From Verrucomicrobiaceae bacterium (GTDB lineage Bacteria; Verrucomicrobiota; Verrucomicrobiia; Verrucomicrobiales; Akkermansiaceae), in assembly GCA_051252135.1 (NCBI GenBank), contig JBPOGH010000022.1:1-57939 (forward strand): a DNA stretch of 57,939 bases, written 5' to 3'. A model generated the notes under the pieces. The model was given only the letters and a program-made list of their open reading frames with translations, did not search any database and had not been told where the DNA came from. Numbering within the stretch: position 1 is the first letter of the stretch; each line of letters opens with the position of its first letter. Below, piece after piece: positions 18,085-27,716 of the stretch. The translations under genes and the position numbers were made by a program.

Positions 18085-18522
18085 ATGAAGTTACTTATTT
18101 CTACAGGAGCTACGCTTGCCACGATGGTGTTTTTGATGGTGTCGTGCGGGGGGCCGAAGACGGATTCGAGTTTTGCGCCGATTCCGGCGGATGCGCAGGT
18201 GACGGCATCGGGGATCAGTTCGGTGGTGTTGCAGAAGGGGGATGGCGGGGTGAAGCCGACGGAGGCGAGCACGGTGCAGGTGCATTACACGGGGTGGACG
18301 TTGGACGGGAAGAAGTTTGATAGCTCGGTGGATCGCGGGCATCCGGCGGAGTTTCCGTTGAGCGGGGTGATTGACGGTTGGACCGAGGGGGTGCAGTTGA
18401 TGGAGGTGGGCGAGAAGCGGCGGTTTTGGATTCCGGCGAATTTGGCCTATGGAAACAATCCGGGGGGTGGGCGTCCGGGGGGGATGTTGATTTTTGATGT
18501 GGAGCTTTTGGGGATCCGATAG
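18085..18522 (+). CDS. FKBP-type peptidyl-prolyl cis-trans isomerase, lipoprotein
   Basis: VHYTGWTLDGKKFDSS, VIDGWTEGVQLM, IPANLAYG, LIFDVELL; lipobox LMVS-C; ATG at 18085. Confidence 0.95.
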   Translation: MKLLISTGATLATMVFLMVSCGGPKTDSSFAPIPADAQVTASGISSVVLQKGDGGVKPTEASTVQVHYTGWTLDGKKFDSSVDRGHPAEFPLSGVIDGWTEGVQLMEVGEKRRFWIPANLAYGNNPGGGRPGGMLIFDVELLGIR

Positions 18523-18539
18523 GAGGCCGGTTGAGGGGC

Positions 18540-18573
18540 AAAAAAATGCCGCTTCCGGTGAGGGAAGCGGCAT
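18540..18573 (-). terminator. Rho-independent terminator between convergent genes
   Basis: Stem ATGCCGCTTCC/GGAAGCGGCAT with an A7 run on + (T-tail on -). Confidence 0.85.
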
Positions 18574-18593
18574 GGAAAGCGGGTTGGCGTTGT

Positions 18594-19232
18594 TTAGACG
18601 ACCTGGAAGATGGCGCGTGCGACCTGTTCCCTGATGTCGTTCAGGTGTGGGTTGGCGAGATTGCGGGCCTGAACGGAGGACACGATTTGATCGGTGACGT
18701 ATTCGGTGAGGGCCTGGAGGCGTTCGCGAAGTTGGTCGCGGCGGTATTTTGCGAAGGTGACTGCCTGGACGCACTCGGTGAGGGTCTCTTTAAGTGAGGC
18801 GAGGCGGGCGGCGTCGAAACCGCTGAGTTCTTCGCCGTTGTCTTCGAGGAAGGGGACCATTTTTTCGAAGAATGGTTCGGCCTTGGCGTCGAGGCGGCGG
18901 TATTCCATCTCGGCGTCGCGGAGTTCTTCCTTGAGGGTGATGAGACCGTGGAGGTTGTCTTTGGCGCTTTGTTGGACGGCGAGAAATTCGCGTTCGCCCA
19001 TTTTGGAGGAGCCAATGACATCACAGCATCGGTTGAGACAGGTTGTCAGAGCGTGATCGGGAATTTCGTCACAAGCGCGCACTTTAAGAGCCGGTTCATC
19101 TGAGAATCCCTCGGTCATGCGTTCGGAGAGCACATTGACGCGGGGTGATGAGACTTCGTAATCCAGGGATGTGGGGTCGAAGGCTTTAAGAGGAGCTTGG
19201 GACAGCGAGAATTGGGAGTTGGAGCTCTTCAT
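18594..19232 (-). CDS. Hypothetical coiled-coil protein
   Basis: ATG at 19232; heptad-rich helical C-terminal two-thirds; followed by a terminator. Confidence 0.7.
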   Translation of the reverse strand: MKSSNSQFSLSQAPLKAFDPTSLDYEVSSPRVNVLSERMTEGFSDEPALKVRACDEIPDHALTTCLNRCCDVIGSSKMGEREFLAVQQSAKDNLHGLITLKEELRDAEMEYRRLDAKAEPFFEKMVPFLEDNGEELSGFDAARLASLKETLTECVQAVTFAKYRRDQLRERLQALTEYVTDQIVSSVQARNLANPHLNDIREQVARAIFQVV

Positions 19233-19365
19233 TGAGGTTGTCTGGTTAAAAAAGGAGTGCTGGAGAAGCGTTAGCGGGAAACTAGTCAAAATGGTGAAGG
19301 TGGACAAGTATTTTTTAATTTTATTCTAATTTCACCTCTTGGAAATACAGCTTTACTAATTAAAC

Positions 19366-19394
19366 TTGCGTTGTTTTTTGAAAAAATGTAGAAA
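19366..19394 (+). promoter_or_regulatory. Sigma70-like promoter directly ahead of the ATG at 19401
   Basis: TTGCGT-17 nt-TAGAAA in an AT-rich intergenic region; 6 nt to the ATG. Confidence 0.55.
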
Positions 19395-19400
19395 TGGGGC

Positions 19401-19886
19401 ATGGGGAGCCCCTCAAAATTAGAAAATCTCGCAGATGAACTGTGGAAACTTAGCCTCGAGGAGATTGAACACTTCCTTCAGGTGGTTACTAAGATTGCTG
19501 AAGCAAAAGCCACTTTGCGTTCTGCGGGTAGTGCGAGCGGGCCTTCTCCGGACAGACTAGCGGCAGACGATCTTCGCGCTATTCGCCGCTATTTGGGGGA
19601 CGACGAAATTTCCCTTTCCGGACCGGAAGCGGTGCTTTTGGCGGCCTTTTCGAGAACGCTAGAGGGAGCTGAGGCGCTTGATACGCGTGGACTCAATCTC
19701 ACCCTGGATAGTTATGGGCGGAAGCCCTCGAATACGACGACGACGATTGATAACCTTGAGAAGAAGGGGCTTATGGAGCTAATCAAGGGTGAGAATCTCA
19801 ATGCGCATAAGGCCTTTTGTCTGACTGAGAGCGGGACGGCGGAGACGCGGGACTTGCTGGATCGGTTGGCTCGTCAGGGAGACTAG
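19401..19886 (+). CDS. Hypothetical protein with a winged-helix-like C-terminal domain
   Basis: C-terminal SNTTTTIDNLEKKGLM...FCLTESG resembles the MarR/wHTH recognition helix and wing. Confidence 0.65.
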   Translation: MGSPSKLENLADELWKLSLEEIEHFLQVVTKIAEAKATLRSAGSASGPSPDRLAADDLRAIRRYLGDDEISLSGPEAVLLAAFSRTLEGAEALDTRGLNLTLDSYGRKPSNTTTTIDNLEKKGLMELIKGENLNAHKAFCLTESGTAETRDLLDRLARQGD

Positions 19887-20042
19887 TTTTTTTTCGCTGC
19901 GCTAGTCTTGGGGGAGGCGCTTTGGTGGGAGGTTGAATCTTAGGTGGATTCTGGGATTTCACCTTTCAAATCCCTGCCTCTGCCGTTATTTGTCCCACGC
20001 GCTCGCGAGGCGCAAGAATCTTCACCGCACCAACAAAGGATC

Positions 20043-21335
20043 ATGCCTATTAGTATCGAAATGCCCAAGCTCTCCGACACGATGGAGGAGGGAACCGTCG
20101 TCCGCTGGCTTAAGCAAGAAGGAGACTCCGTTGAAATTGGCGATATTATTGCTGAGATCGAAACCGATAAGGCGACGATGGAGATGGAAGCTTTCGATGA
20201 GGGGACGCTTTCCTCGATTTCGGTTGCCGAAGGTGGGAAAGCTCCGGTGGGATCGGTGATTGCTCTTCTTTTGGAGGATGGTGAGGAAGCGGGCGCTGCT
20301 CCGGCCGCTTCCAATACGGCTGCTCCGGCAGCGGCACCTGCAGCAGATGAACCTGCGCCGGCAGCCGCCGAGGCTACCCCGGCGCCTGCGGCACCTGTGG
20401 CGTCCGGTTCGGGTGAGCGGATTAAGGCTTCTCCTCTGGCGCGCAAGATTGCGGCTGCCGAGGGAATTGATCTTTCGACGGTAACGGGAACAGGGCCGGG
20501 AGGTCGCATTGTGAAGGCGGACCTTTCCGGAGGATCTGCGGCACCGAGTGCTCCTGCTGCTCCAGCAGCCGCCGCTCCAGCAGCAGCAGCGGCCCCCGCG
20601 CCGGCAGCCAAGGCCCCGGCTCCAATCTCTCCGGTGATCAGTGGAGAAGATCAGAAGATTCCTCTTTCTTCGATGCGCAAGATCATTGCGGATCGCCTTT
20701 TGCTTTCGAAGAACACGATTCCCCATTTCTATCTGCACCTTGAAGTGGATGCGGCTCCGTTGATGAGCTTGCGGAAGCAGATCAATGCGCAGGCGGAAGC
20801 GACGCACGGGAACAAGTATTCGGTGAACGACTTTGTGGTGAAGGCCTTGATCAATGCTTCGGTTGCGGTGCCTGAGGCGAATGCGTCTTATAATGGCGAC
20901 CACATTGTGCAGTTTGCGCACGTGGGAGTGTCGGTAGCGATTGCGGTGGAGGATGGACTGGTGACTCCGGTGGTGAAGAATGCGGAGCAGAAATCGCTCC
21001 TGCAAATCTCACGGGAGATCAAGGAGATGGCGGTGCGGGCACGCGACAAGAAGCTGGCTCCGAATGAATTTGATGGTGGCACGGTGACTATTTCCAACCT
21101 GGGTGCGTGGGGGATTGAGTCGTTTGATGCGATTGTGAATCCTCCCCAGGCGGTGATTTTGAGTGTGGGTGGCATCATTGAGAAGCCGGTGGTGAAGGAC
21201 GGGGCCGTGGTTCCGGGTCTGCGGATGAATGTGGGGGTGAGCTGCGATCACCGGGTGGTGGACGGAGCGGTAGGAGCGAAGTTCCTCGGTGAGATCAAGC
21301 GTCTGCTGGAGAATCCGGCGTTGATGCTGGTGTAA
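20043..21335 (+). CDS. pdhC: Pyruvate dehydrogenase E2, dihydrolipoamide acetyltransferase
   Basis: MPKLSDTMEEG, lipoyl EIETDKA, Ala/Pro linkers, ASPLARK..GTGPGGRI binding domain, catalytic DHRVVDG; ATG at 20043. Confidence 0.93.
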   Translation: MPISIEMPKLSDTMEEGTVVRWLKQEGDSVEIGDIIAEIETDKATMEMEAFDEGTLSSISVAEGGKAPVGSVIALLLEDGEEAGAAPAASNTAAPAAAPAADEPAPAAAEATPAPAAPVASGSGERIKASPLARKIAAAEGIDLSTVTGTGPGGRIVKADLSGGSAAPSAPAAPAAAAPAAAAAPAPAAKAPAPISPVISGEDQKIPLSSMRKIIADRLLLSKNTIPHFYLHLEVDAAPLMSLRKQINAQAEATHGNKYSVNDFVVKALINASVAVPEANASYNGDHIVQFAHVGVSVAIAVEDGLVTPVVKNAEQKSLLQISREIKEMAVRARDKKLAPNEFDGGTVTISNLGAWGIESFDAIVNPPQAVILSVGGIIEKPVVKDGAVVPGLRMNVGVSCDHRVVDGAVGAKFLGEIKRLLENPALMLV

Positions 21336-21357
21336 GCGGCGCCACTGAACAAATCAC

Positions 21358-21392
21358 AAAAAAGCCCGTCTCGAGATGAGACGGGCTTTTTT
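21358..21392. terminator. Bidirectional rho-independent terminator
   Basis: AAAAAAGCCCGTCTC-GAGAT-GAGACGGGCTTTTTT. Confidence 0.92.
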
Positions 21393-21414
21393 ATTAGTCA
21401 ACGACCGGGCTCTC

Positions 21415-21623
21415 TAATACCACTCCGAGTTCCAAAATAGCGGAATGTTTGTTTTCAGGGCTCATTTTTGAACAGCACTTTGTGGAGTTGATGCAGCCGA
21501 GCGCTTTCTTGAGATAGCGGCGTTTTTCCTCGGTTGTGGTCTCCAGACCACGCCCTCGTCATGCCTTGCTCTCTCAAGAAATCACTTCGGCATTCCGCTA
21601 TTTTGAAACTCTACTTGGTATAA
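21415..21623. mobile_element. MITE-like non-coding element with terminal inverted repeats
   Basis: GAGTTCCAAAATAGCGGAATG (21427-21447) and CATTCCGCTATTTTGAAACTC (21591-21611) match at 20 of 21 nt; the match extends imperfectly to TAATACCA/TGGTATAA; nested internal hairpins. Confidence 0.75.
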
Positions 21624-22198
21624 CGACGGCGGCGGAGGAGGCAGGCAGCGCCAAGAAGGGTAAGCGCGGCTGATGAGGGTTCGGGCGTGGCGAAGGTGAC
21701 TTCAGAGAGCATGGTCCATGAGTGGACGCGTGCCATTTCCACGACGAGGCTGTTGGTGGTGACCTCAAAGCCATCGATGGTGATGGGAACGGTGCTCCCT
21801 GCTCCAGGTGGATTGATCACGTTGACGGTTCTGGAGAAGCTTGAATCCGGGGTCCGGACGGTGACGGTGGAAGGAAGACCGACTCCGGCGGAGCCGTCGC
21901 TATCGGCAATCCAGACGGTGACTTCTCCGATGCTTTGGGGGCCGGCAAAGTTGAATTGGATGGTGGGGTTGGAGAGGAGCCAGCCGGTAAGAGGGGCGAC
22001 ATCTGCAACGGTGATGGAGGAGCCCGGGAACCAGGCGATGGTTGCGTCCGTGCCGTCGGTGAGCTCGGTGCCTCCGCTATCGGGGTAACTGCTATTGGGG
22101 GAAACGAGGTAGGAGTAGTTATCGACGGCGACGGAGGCAGCTTGAGCGACTCCGATGAGTGCGATCGGAAGGGTGAAAAGAAGGTTTCCAATAAACAT
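21611..22198 (-). CDS. PEP-CTERM protein with a discoidin-like domain
   Basis: Signal peptide, YPDSGGTELTDG and WTMLSEVTF, C-terminal TPEPSS-TM-RRRR. Confidence 0.88.
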   Translation of the reverse strand: MFIGNLLFTLPIALIGVAQAASVAVDNYSYLVSPNSSYPDSGGTELTDGTDATIAWFPGSSITVADVAPLTGWLLSNPTIQFNFAGPQSIGEVTVWIADSDGSAGVGLPSTVTVRTPDSSFSRTVNVINPPGAGSTVPITIDGFEVTTNSLVVEMARVHSWTMLSEVTFATPEPSSAALTLLGAACLLRRRRYTK

Positions 22199-22295
22199 GC
22201 AAGCGGACAATTATCTGTCCGTCATTCCGGCGGCGAGTAAAAGATTCCGGGAAGGGCGTAATTTTTCCCATCATTGACCATTTTTCTTTTCTGCA

Positions 22296-22871
22296 ATGCT
22301 TATCGCTTTCAACAAACCCTATGGGGTGCTGAGTCAGTTCAATATGAATCCCGGTGAGGAGGGTCAGCGGACGTTGAGCGAGTTTGGGTTTCCGCCGGGG
22401 TGTTTGCCGTTGGGCCGGCTGGATATGGACTCGGAGGGGTTGTTGCTTTTTACGGATGAGAAGGCGTTGGAGGACAAGTTGTTGCATCCGCGGCATAAGC
22501 ATCGGCGTCGTTATTTGGTGTTGGTGGAGGGGGTGCCGGATGAGGAGGCGCTGGATAAGCTCCGGAAGGGTGGGTTGGTGATCAAGGGGCACCGGTGTTT
22601 GCCGGCGCGGGCGAAGCTGCTGAAGCAGGCGCCGAATATTCCTGATCGGGATCCTCCGGTGCGGGTGAGGCAGAAGATTGTCGATTCGTGGATCCGTCTG
22701 GAGTTGCGGGAGGGGAAGAACCGGCAGGTGCGGCGGATGACGGCGGCGGTGGGTTATCCGACCTTGCGGTTGATCCGGGAGGGGATTGGGGGGCTTCCTT
22801 TGGAGGGTTTTCCTTTGGGGGAATGGCGGGAGCTTAGTGAGGAAGAGCGGGCTCTGGTGTTTGGACGATAG
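22296..22871 (+). CDS. rluE: RsuA/RluE-family rRNA pseudouridine synthase
   Basis: FNKPYGVLSQF, GRLDMDSEGLLLFT, RDPPVRVR, EGKNRQVRRMTAAVGYPTLRLIR. Confidence 0.88.
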   Translation: MLIAFNKPYGVLSQFNMNPGEEGQRTLSEFGFPPGCLPLGRLDMDSEGLLLFTDEKALEDKLLHPRHKHRRRYLVLVEGVPDEEALDKLRKGGLVIKGHRCLPARAKLLKQAPNIPDRDPPVRVRQKIVDSWIRLELREGKNRQVRRMTAAVGYPTLRLIREGIGGLPLEGFPLGEWRELSEEERALVFGR

Positions 22872-22909
22872 GCGGTTGACCGGGCGGGGAGCGGGGAGGT
22901 AGCTTGGGG

Positions 22910-23773
22910 ATGATGAAAAGCCCACGTCGTATATTTTTGAAGCCTCTCCTTTTTTCGGTTCCGCTGGTGGCGGTGACTTTTGTTTCTCCGGTCGCATTGG
23001 GGCAGGAGGATATGAGCAAGCCGGTGATCACGGTGGAGAAGAAGGGGGATGCGACTTACATGTATATCGACGGGGTGAAGGTGCATGAGACGGATACGAC
23101 GAAGCAGCCGCTTCCTCCGGTGGTGACTCCGGGTGCGGAGCCGGGTGCGCCGCCGTCTGACGCGGTGGTTCTTTTTGATGGGAGCGAGAAGTCATTCAAG
23201 GAGAATTGGACGGATACGAAGGGTGAGGAGAGCAAGTGGAAGGTGGTGGATGGGGCGATGGAGTCGGTGAAGAGGGCGGGGTATGTGCAGTCGAAGGCGA
23301 AGTTTGGATCGTGCCAGTTGCACATTGAGTGGGCGTCGCCGAAGGAGGTTCAGGGAGGTGGTCAGGGGCGCGGGAACAGCGGGGTTTTTCTGATGGGGAC
23401 GTATGAGGTGCAGGTGCTGGATAGTTTTAAGAATCAGACGTATGCGGACGGGCAGGCGAGTGCGCTTTACGGGCGTGCGAAGCCGCTGGTGAATGCGTCA
23501 CGCGGGCCGGGTGAGTGGCAGACGTATGATATTATTTTTCACCGTCCGCTCTTTGATGAGGAGGGGAAGGTGACGCGGCGGGCGACCTTTACGGTGTTGC
23601 ACAACGGGGTGCTGGTGCAGGATCACACGGTGTTGAGCGGAGGGACGGGATGGAACGGGCCGCATGCGGCAACCGAGTATAAGGCGCATGCGGACAAGTT
23701 GCCGATCGCGATGCAGGATCACGGGAATCCGGTTCGGTTCCGCAATGTGTGGGTGCGGGAGTTGAAAGACTAG
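22910..23773 (+). CDS. DUF1080 (3-keto-disaccharide hydrolase-like) secreted protein
   Basis: PPSDAVVLFDG, GQGRGNSGVF, YEVQVLDS, QDHGNPVRFRNVWVR. Confidence 0.93.
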   Translation: MMKSPRRIFLKPLLFSVPLVAVTFVSPVALGQEDMSKPVITVEKKGDATYMYIDGVKVHETDTTKQPLPPVVTPGAEPGAPPSDAVVLFDGSEKSFKENWTDTKGEESKWKVVDGAMESVKRAGYVQSKAKFGSCQLHIEWASPKEVQGGGQGRGNSGVFLMGTYEVQVLDSFKNQTYADGQASALYGRAKPLVNASRGPGEWQTYDIIFHRPLFDEEGKVTRRATFTVLHNGVLVQDHTVLSGGTGWNGPHAATEYKAHADKLPIAMQDHGNPVRFRNVWVRELKD

Positions 23774-24810
23774 GCTGCCTTTTTTCCGCGGGGGAGGTGG
23801 CGGATGGCGCGGAAGCCGACGAGCTTGCGCTCTTTTTCATCCCAGAGACGGAAGCCGAGTGACTTGAATCCTTTCCAGAAGGTGAGGGGTTCGACGCTGG
23901 TGAAGATCTCGTGTGAGTTGTGGCAGCTCTCGAGGTAGTAGTTCGGGATGCGGGAGCTGAGGTGGTGGATGTGGTGGTAGCCGATGTTACCGGAGAACCA
24001 CTGGAGGACTTTGGGGAGTTTGTAGAAGGAGCTGCCCTCGAGGGCGGCGGAGGTGTAGTCCCAGTCGTCCTCGCGTTCCCAGTAGACGCCTTCGTATTGG
24101 TGTTGGACGTAGAAGAGCCAGACGCCGGAGGAGGCGGCGACGCAGATGGTGGTGCCCTGGATGAGGAGGTAGGGGAGCCAGCCGTAGATGGAGATGAGGA
24201 GGGCGGCGAGGCTGAAGAGGGCGACATTCATCCACCAGACGGAGCGGCGGCTGCGCTTGCTGGCTCCGGGGGTGGGGAAGCGTTCCTGGATGAGGAAGAG
24301 GAAGAGGGGTCCGAAGATGAAGAGGATGAAGGGGTTTCGGAAGAAGCGGTAGCCGAGGCGTTTGAGGCGGGATGAGGAGGTGTATTCCTCGACGGTCATG
24401 GTCCAGACATCGCCGGTGCCGCGGCGGTCGAGATCACCGGAGGCGCTGTGGTGGACGGAGTGTTCCCAGCGCCAGTGGAAGTAGGGGGTGAAGGTGAGGA
24501 GTCCGGTGATGAAGCCGATGGTGTGGTTGAGCTTTTGGGATTTGTAGAAGGAGCCGTGTCCGCAATCGTGGAAGATGATGAAGATGCGGACGAGGAGGCC
24601 ACCGGCGAGGATGGCGAGGGCGAAGGTGAGCCAGTAGGAGACGGAGAGGGTGAAGTACATCGCGACCCAGAGTGCGAGGTAGGCACCGATGGAGTTCACG
24701 ACCTGCCAGGTGGCGCGGGCGGCGCTGGGCTTGGTGAAGGGGCTGACAATTTGTTTCCACTCCTGGATGGAGGGGAGGTTTTTGGCAGGGATGATTTGGG
24801 ACGAGGGCAT
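23770..24810 (-). CDS. Membrane fatty acid desaturase (Des-like)
   Basis: Histidine boxes HDCGH, HSVHH and HHIHH; LFYVQH. Confidence 0.93.
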   Translation of the reverse strand: MPSSQIIPAKNLPSIQEWKQIVSPFTKPSAARATWQVVNSIGAYLALWVAMYFTLSVSYWLTFALAILAGGLLVRIFIIFHDCGHGSFYKSQKLNHTIGFITGLLTFTPYFHWRWEHSVHHSASGDLDRRGTGDVWTMTVEEYTSSSRLKRLGYRFFRNPFILFIFGPLFLFLIQERFPTPGASKRSRRSVWWMNVALFSLAALLISIYGWLPYLLIQGTTICVAASSGVWLFYVQHQYEGVYWEREDDWDYTSAALEGSSFYKLPKVLQWFSGNIGYHHIHHLSSRIPNYYLESCHNSHEIFTSVEPLTFWKGFKSLGFRLWDEKERKLVGFRAIRHLPRGKKAA

Positions 24811-24830
24811 GGAGAGAGTGGGAGGCGGTG

Positions 24831-26252
24831 TTAGCGCTTCTGGAGCTGGAAGAGGAGTTTTTTGGCGAGCCCGGGTTGTTCGGTGGCGAGGTTTTTGGTT
24901 TCGCCAAGGGGGGTGGTGTGATCGTAGAGCTCGAGGTGGCCTTGGGTGTGGGCGATGAGACGGTGGGTGTCTGTTCTGATGGTGCGGGCTTTGTGGTGGT
25001 AGGAGATGGCGATGTTTTTGGTGGGTGCCGCAGGGTCTTTGAGGAGGGGGAGGAGTGAGCTTCCGTGGAGGAAGTCGGGTTTTCCGATGCCCGTGAGATC
25101 ACAAAGTGTGGGGAAGAGGTCAATCGTTTCCACGATGGAGTTTGTAACGGTGCCGGGGGAGGCGACCTGGGGGGCGATGACGATGAGGGGGGAGCGGAGG
25201 GATTCTTCGTAGAGGGCGTGCTTCCCCCAGATGGCGTGCTCACCGAGGTGCCAGCCGTGGTCTCCCCAGAGGATGATGATGGTGTTTTGGGCGAGGCCGA
25301 GGTGGTTGAGTTGGGAGATGATTTTTCCGACCTGGGCATCGGCGTAGGAGACGCAGGCGGCGTAGTGGCGGCGGACTTCGGTGGCGAAGGCGGGGTCGGT
25401 GTTGGGGTCTTTGCCCCAACGGTGGTATTTCATGAACTCGCCGGAGCTGTGCCAGGTGGTTTTCCCCTCGGGCTTGGATGGGTGGGGGATGTGCGGGAGT
25501 TCGACGCCTTGGTAGAGATCGAGGTATTTTTTGGGAGCGCCGAAGGGGAGGTGGGGGCGGAGGATGCCGGTGGCGAGGAAGAAGGGTTTTCCTTTTTTAG
25601 TCCCGTCGGCGAGGAGTTTGAGTTGGGCGAGGGTTTCGTTGACGGCGGGGCCATCGGGGTAGATGTCATCGGGGCCTTCGAGGGCCTGGAAGACGTCCAT
25701 TTTTTTGGCGTTCCCGCGGATTTCGCCGTTGGCGAGGCCGTGCATCCAGCCACGCGGGTGTTGCCATTTTCCGGCGGGGAGGAGGTGGCGGTCCCAGGAG
25801 TGGGGCATTTCGGGCCTGGAGTCGTCATTCCAATCGGGTCCGCCGCGTCCGCCGGGGTGGTGGGAGACTTTTCCGACGGAGACGGTGGTGTATCCGTGTT
25901 GGCGGAAGTGGGCGGGAAGGGAGGGGTGCTTGATGTCTTTGGCGCGTTCAAAGAGGGCGCCATTTCCGGCGGGGCCGTAGGTGCCGGTGAGGAGGGCGTA
26001 GCGGGAGGCTCCGCAGGTGGGAGCTTGAACGTAGTGGCGGGTGAAGGCGCGGCCGCGGGCGGCGAGGGCGTCGATGTGGGGCGAGTGGATGTATTCCTTG
26101 CCGAAGGATTTGAGTTCGGGGCGGAGGTCATCGACGCAGATGAGGAGGATGTTGGGCCTGGCTGAGCTTGCTCTCAGGTGATCGTCCGCAGGGGCGGTAA
26201 ATCCTAAATTCGAGAGGAGGAGAAATGCCAGAGCAGGGAGGATGAGTTTCAT
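24831..26252 (-). CDS. Sulfatase (iduronate-2-sulfatase-like)
   Basis: ATG at 26252; [18 protein letters not shown] formylglycine motif, [22 protein letters not shown]. Confidence 0.93.
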   Translation of the reverse strand: MKLILPALAFLLLSNLGFTAPADDHLRASSARPNILLICVDDLRPELKSFGKEYIHSPHIDALAARGRAFTRHYVQAPTCGASRYALLTGTYGPAGNGALFERAKDIKHPSLPAHFRQHGYTTVSVGKVSHHPGGRGGPDWNDDSRPEMPHSWDRHLLPAGKWQHPRGWMHGLANGEIRGNAKKMDVFQALEGPDDIYPDGPAVNETLAQLKLLADGTKKGKPFFLATGILRPHLPFGAPKKYLDLYQGVELPHIPHPSKPEGKTTWHSSGEFMKYHRWGKDPNTDPAFATEVRRHYAACVSYADAQVGKIISQLNHLGLAQNTIIILWGDHGWHLGEHAIWGKHALYEESLRSPLIVIAPQVASPGTVTNSIVETIDLFPTLCDLTGIGKPDFLHGSSLLPLLKDPAAPTKNIAISYHHKARTIRTDTHRLIAHTQGHLELYDHTTPLGETKNLATEQPGLAKKLLFQLQKR

Positions 26253-26254
26253 GA

Positions 26255-26851
26255 CTAGATTGCGTCGAGGGCTTCCTGGATGAAGCCGAGGATTTCCTTG
26301 TATCCTTTGCGGGCGGCGGCGGAGGAGGTGAAGATGATGGGTTCGCCATCGGACCATTCCTTCATGGCTTCTTTGAAGGCGGCGATGTTTTTGTTGAGGG
26401 CTCCGGCTTTGACCTTGTCGGTCTTGGTAAAGATGAGGGCGAAGGGGAGGCCGTGCTCGACGAGCCACTGGACGAACTGGAGGTCGATTTTTTGAGGGGT
26501 GTGGCGGGAGTCGATGAGGACGAAGGTGCCGCGGAGTTGTTCGCGGTTGACGAGGTAGTCGGAGACGAACTCGTTGAATTGTTCGCGGAGGGATTGGGAG
26601 ACTTTGGCGAAGCCGTATCCGGGGAGGTCGACGAGGGTCCAGGCGTCGTTGATCTTGAAGAAGTTGAGTTCGCGGGTGCGTCCGGGGGTTTTGGAGACGC
26701 GGGCGAGGCCATCCTTATTGGTGAGGAGGTTGATGAGGGAGGATTTGCCGACGTTGGAGCGTCCGATGAAGGCGAACTCGAGGAAGTCTCCGGAGGGGCA
26801 GTCCTCGAGTTTGACGGCGCTTTTGATGAACTTGGCAGAGTTGATTCTCAC
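26255..26851 (-). CDS. engB: Ribosome biogenesis GTPase YihA/YsxC
   Basis: [30 protein letters not shown]. Confidence 0.96.
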   Translation of the reverse strand: MRINSAKFIKSAVKLEDCPSGDFLEFAFIGRSNVGKSSLINLLTNKDGLARVSKTPGRTRELNFFKINDAWTLVDLPGYGFAKVSQSLREQFNEFVSDYLVNREQLRGTFVLIDSRHTPQKIDLQFVQWLVEHGLPFALIFTKTDKVKAGALNKNIAAFKEAMKEWSDGEPIIFTSSAAARKGYKEILGFIQEALDAI

Positions 26852-26978
26852 TGTTGGTGAGCATAGGGGGCGGAGGCGGAGTTGGCCATCCCAGTAAACG
26901 AAAAATGGCCGGAGAGAGAGGGGGGATGAGTCCGGAAGAGACTACGTGCCTATGGGTGCGGGTGTTTGTTTGGGGGAG

Positions 26979-27428
26979 TCAGCTGGCTTCGCCGTTTCCG
27001 AAGAGGGCAAGGGCGCGTTTGGTGAGTTCTTCGTGGGAGACGTCCTCGATTTTTTGGCTGATGCCCCAGCGGTAGCCCCAGGGATCGACGACGGTGGATC
27101 CCCGGTAGCCCCAGAATTGGTCGGCGGGTTCGGAGAGGATTTTGGCGCCGGCGGCGACGGCTTGTTGGAAGGCGGTGTCGCAATCGTCGACCTCGATGCC
27201 GAGAAGGGAGGGGCTCATTTGGCCTTCGGGGAGGGCGAAGGCGTGGTGCTCGGGGGCTTCGCCGGAGATGAAGACGAGGGTGGAGCCGATGTTGAACTCG
27301 CCATGGTGGAGGCCGGTCTCGGGGGTTCCGAGTTGGTAGAGGATTTCGGCGTTGAAGGCTTCTTTGTAGAAGGCCATGGCGGCGAAGCCATCGCGGACGG
27401 TGAGGGAGATGGAGAGGGAATTGGGCAT
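26979..27428 (-). CDS. VOC/glyoxalase (PhnB-like) protein
   Basis: ATG at 27428; AMAFYKEAF, DQFWGYRGSTVVDPWGYRW. Confidence 0.9.
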   Translation of the reverse strand: MPNSLSISLTVRDGFAAMAFYKEAFNAEILYQLGTPETGLHHGEFNIGSTLVFISGEAPEHHAFALPEGQMSPSLLGIEVDDCDTAFQQAVAAGAKILSEPADQFWGYRGSTVVDPWGYRWGISQKIEDVSHEELTKRALALFGNGEAS

Positions 27429-27525
27429 GCCTTTTTCTAGCTGACGAGAGAAGGGCTGGCGAGGTTTTGAGGAGAGTTTTCTGGGGGGGGAAGGCGTGGA
27501 TTGGAGGGTGTGCGGGGGATTGTGG

Positions 27526-27610
27526 CGTGCCTTCAGCACGCGAGGTTGGGTGTGACGATCCATGGGGCTGAAGCCCCATGCTTTGGTTGTGTGCTGCCGT
27601 TGGCAGCGGG
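27526..27610. repeat. REP-like palindromes related to the 589-1033 units
   Basis: GTGCCTTCAGCAC, CATGGGGCTGAAGCCCCATG (27561-27580) and GCTGCCGTTGGCAGC hairpins. Confidence 0.7.
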
Positions 27611-27716
27611 TGTTTTTGTTTGTGGCGCACAAAAACCCCAGGTTTTTGCCTGGGGTTGATTGGGCTTTGGGGGGCGGGGCGGGAGGAACCGCACCTTTCG
27701 GAGAAAGGTCCCTGCC

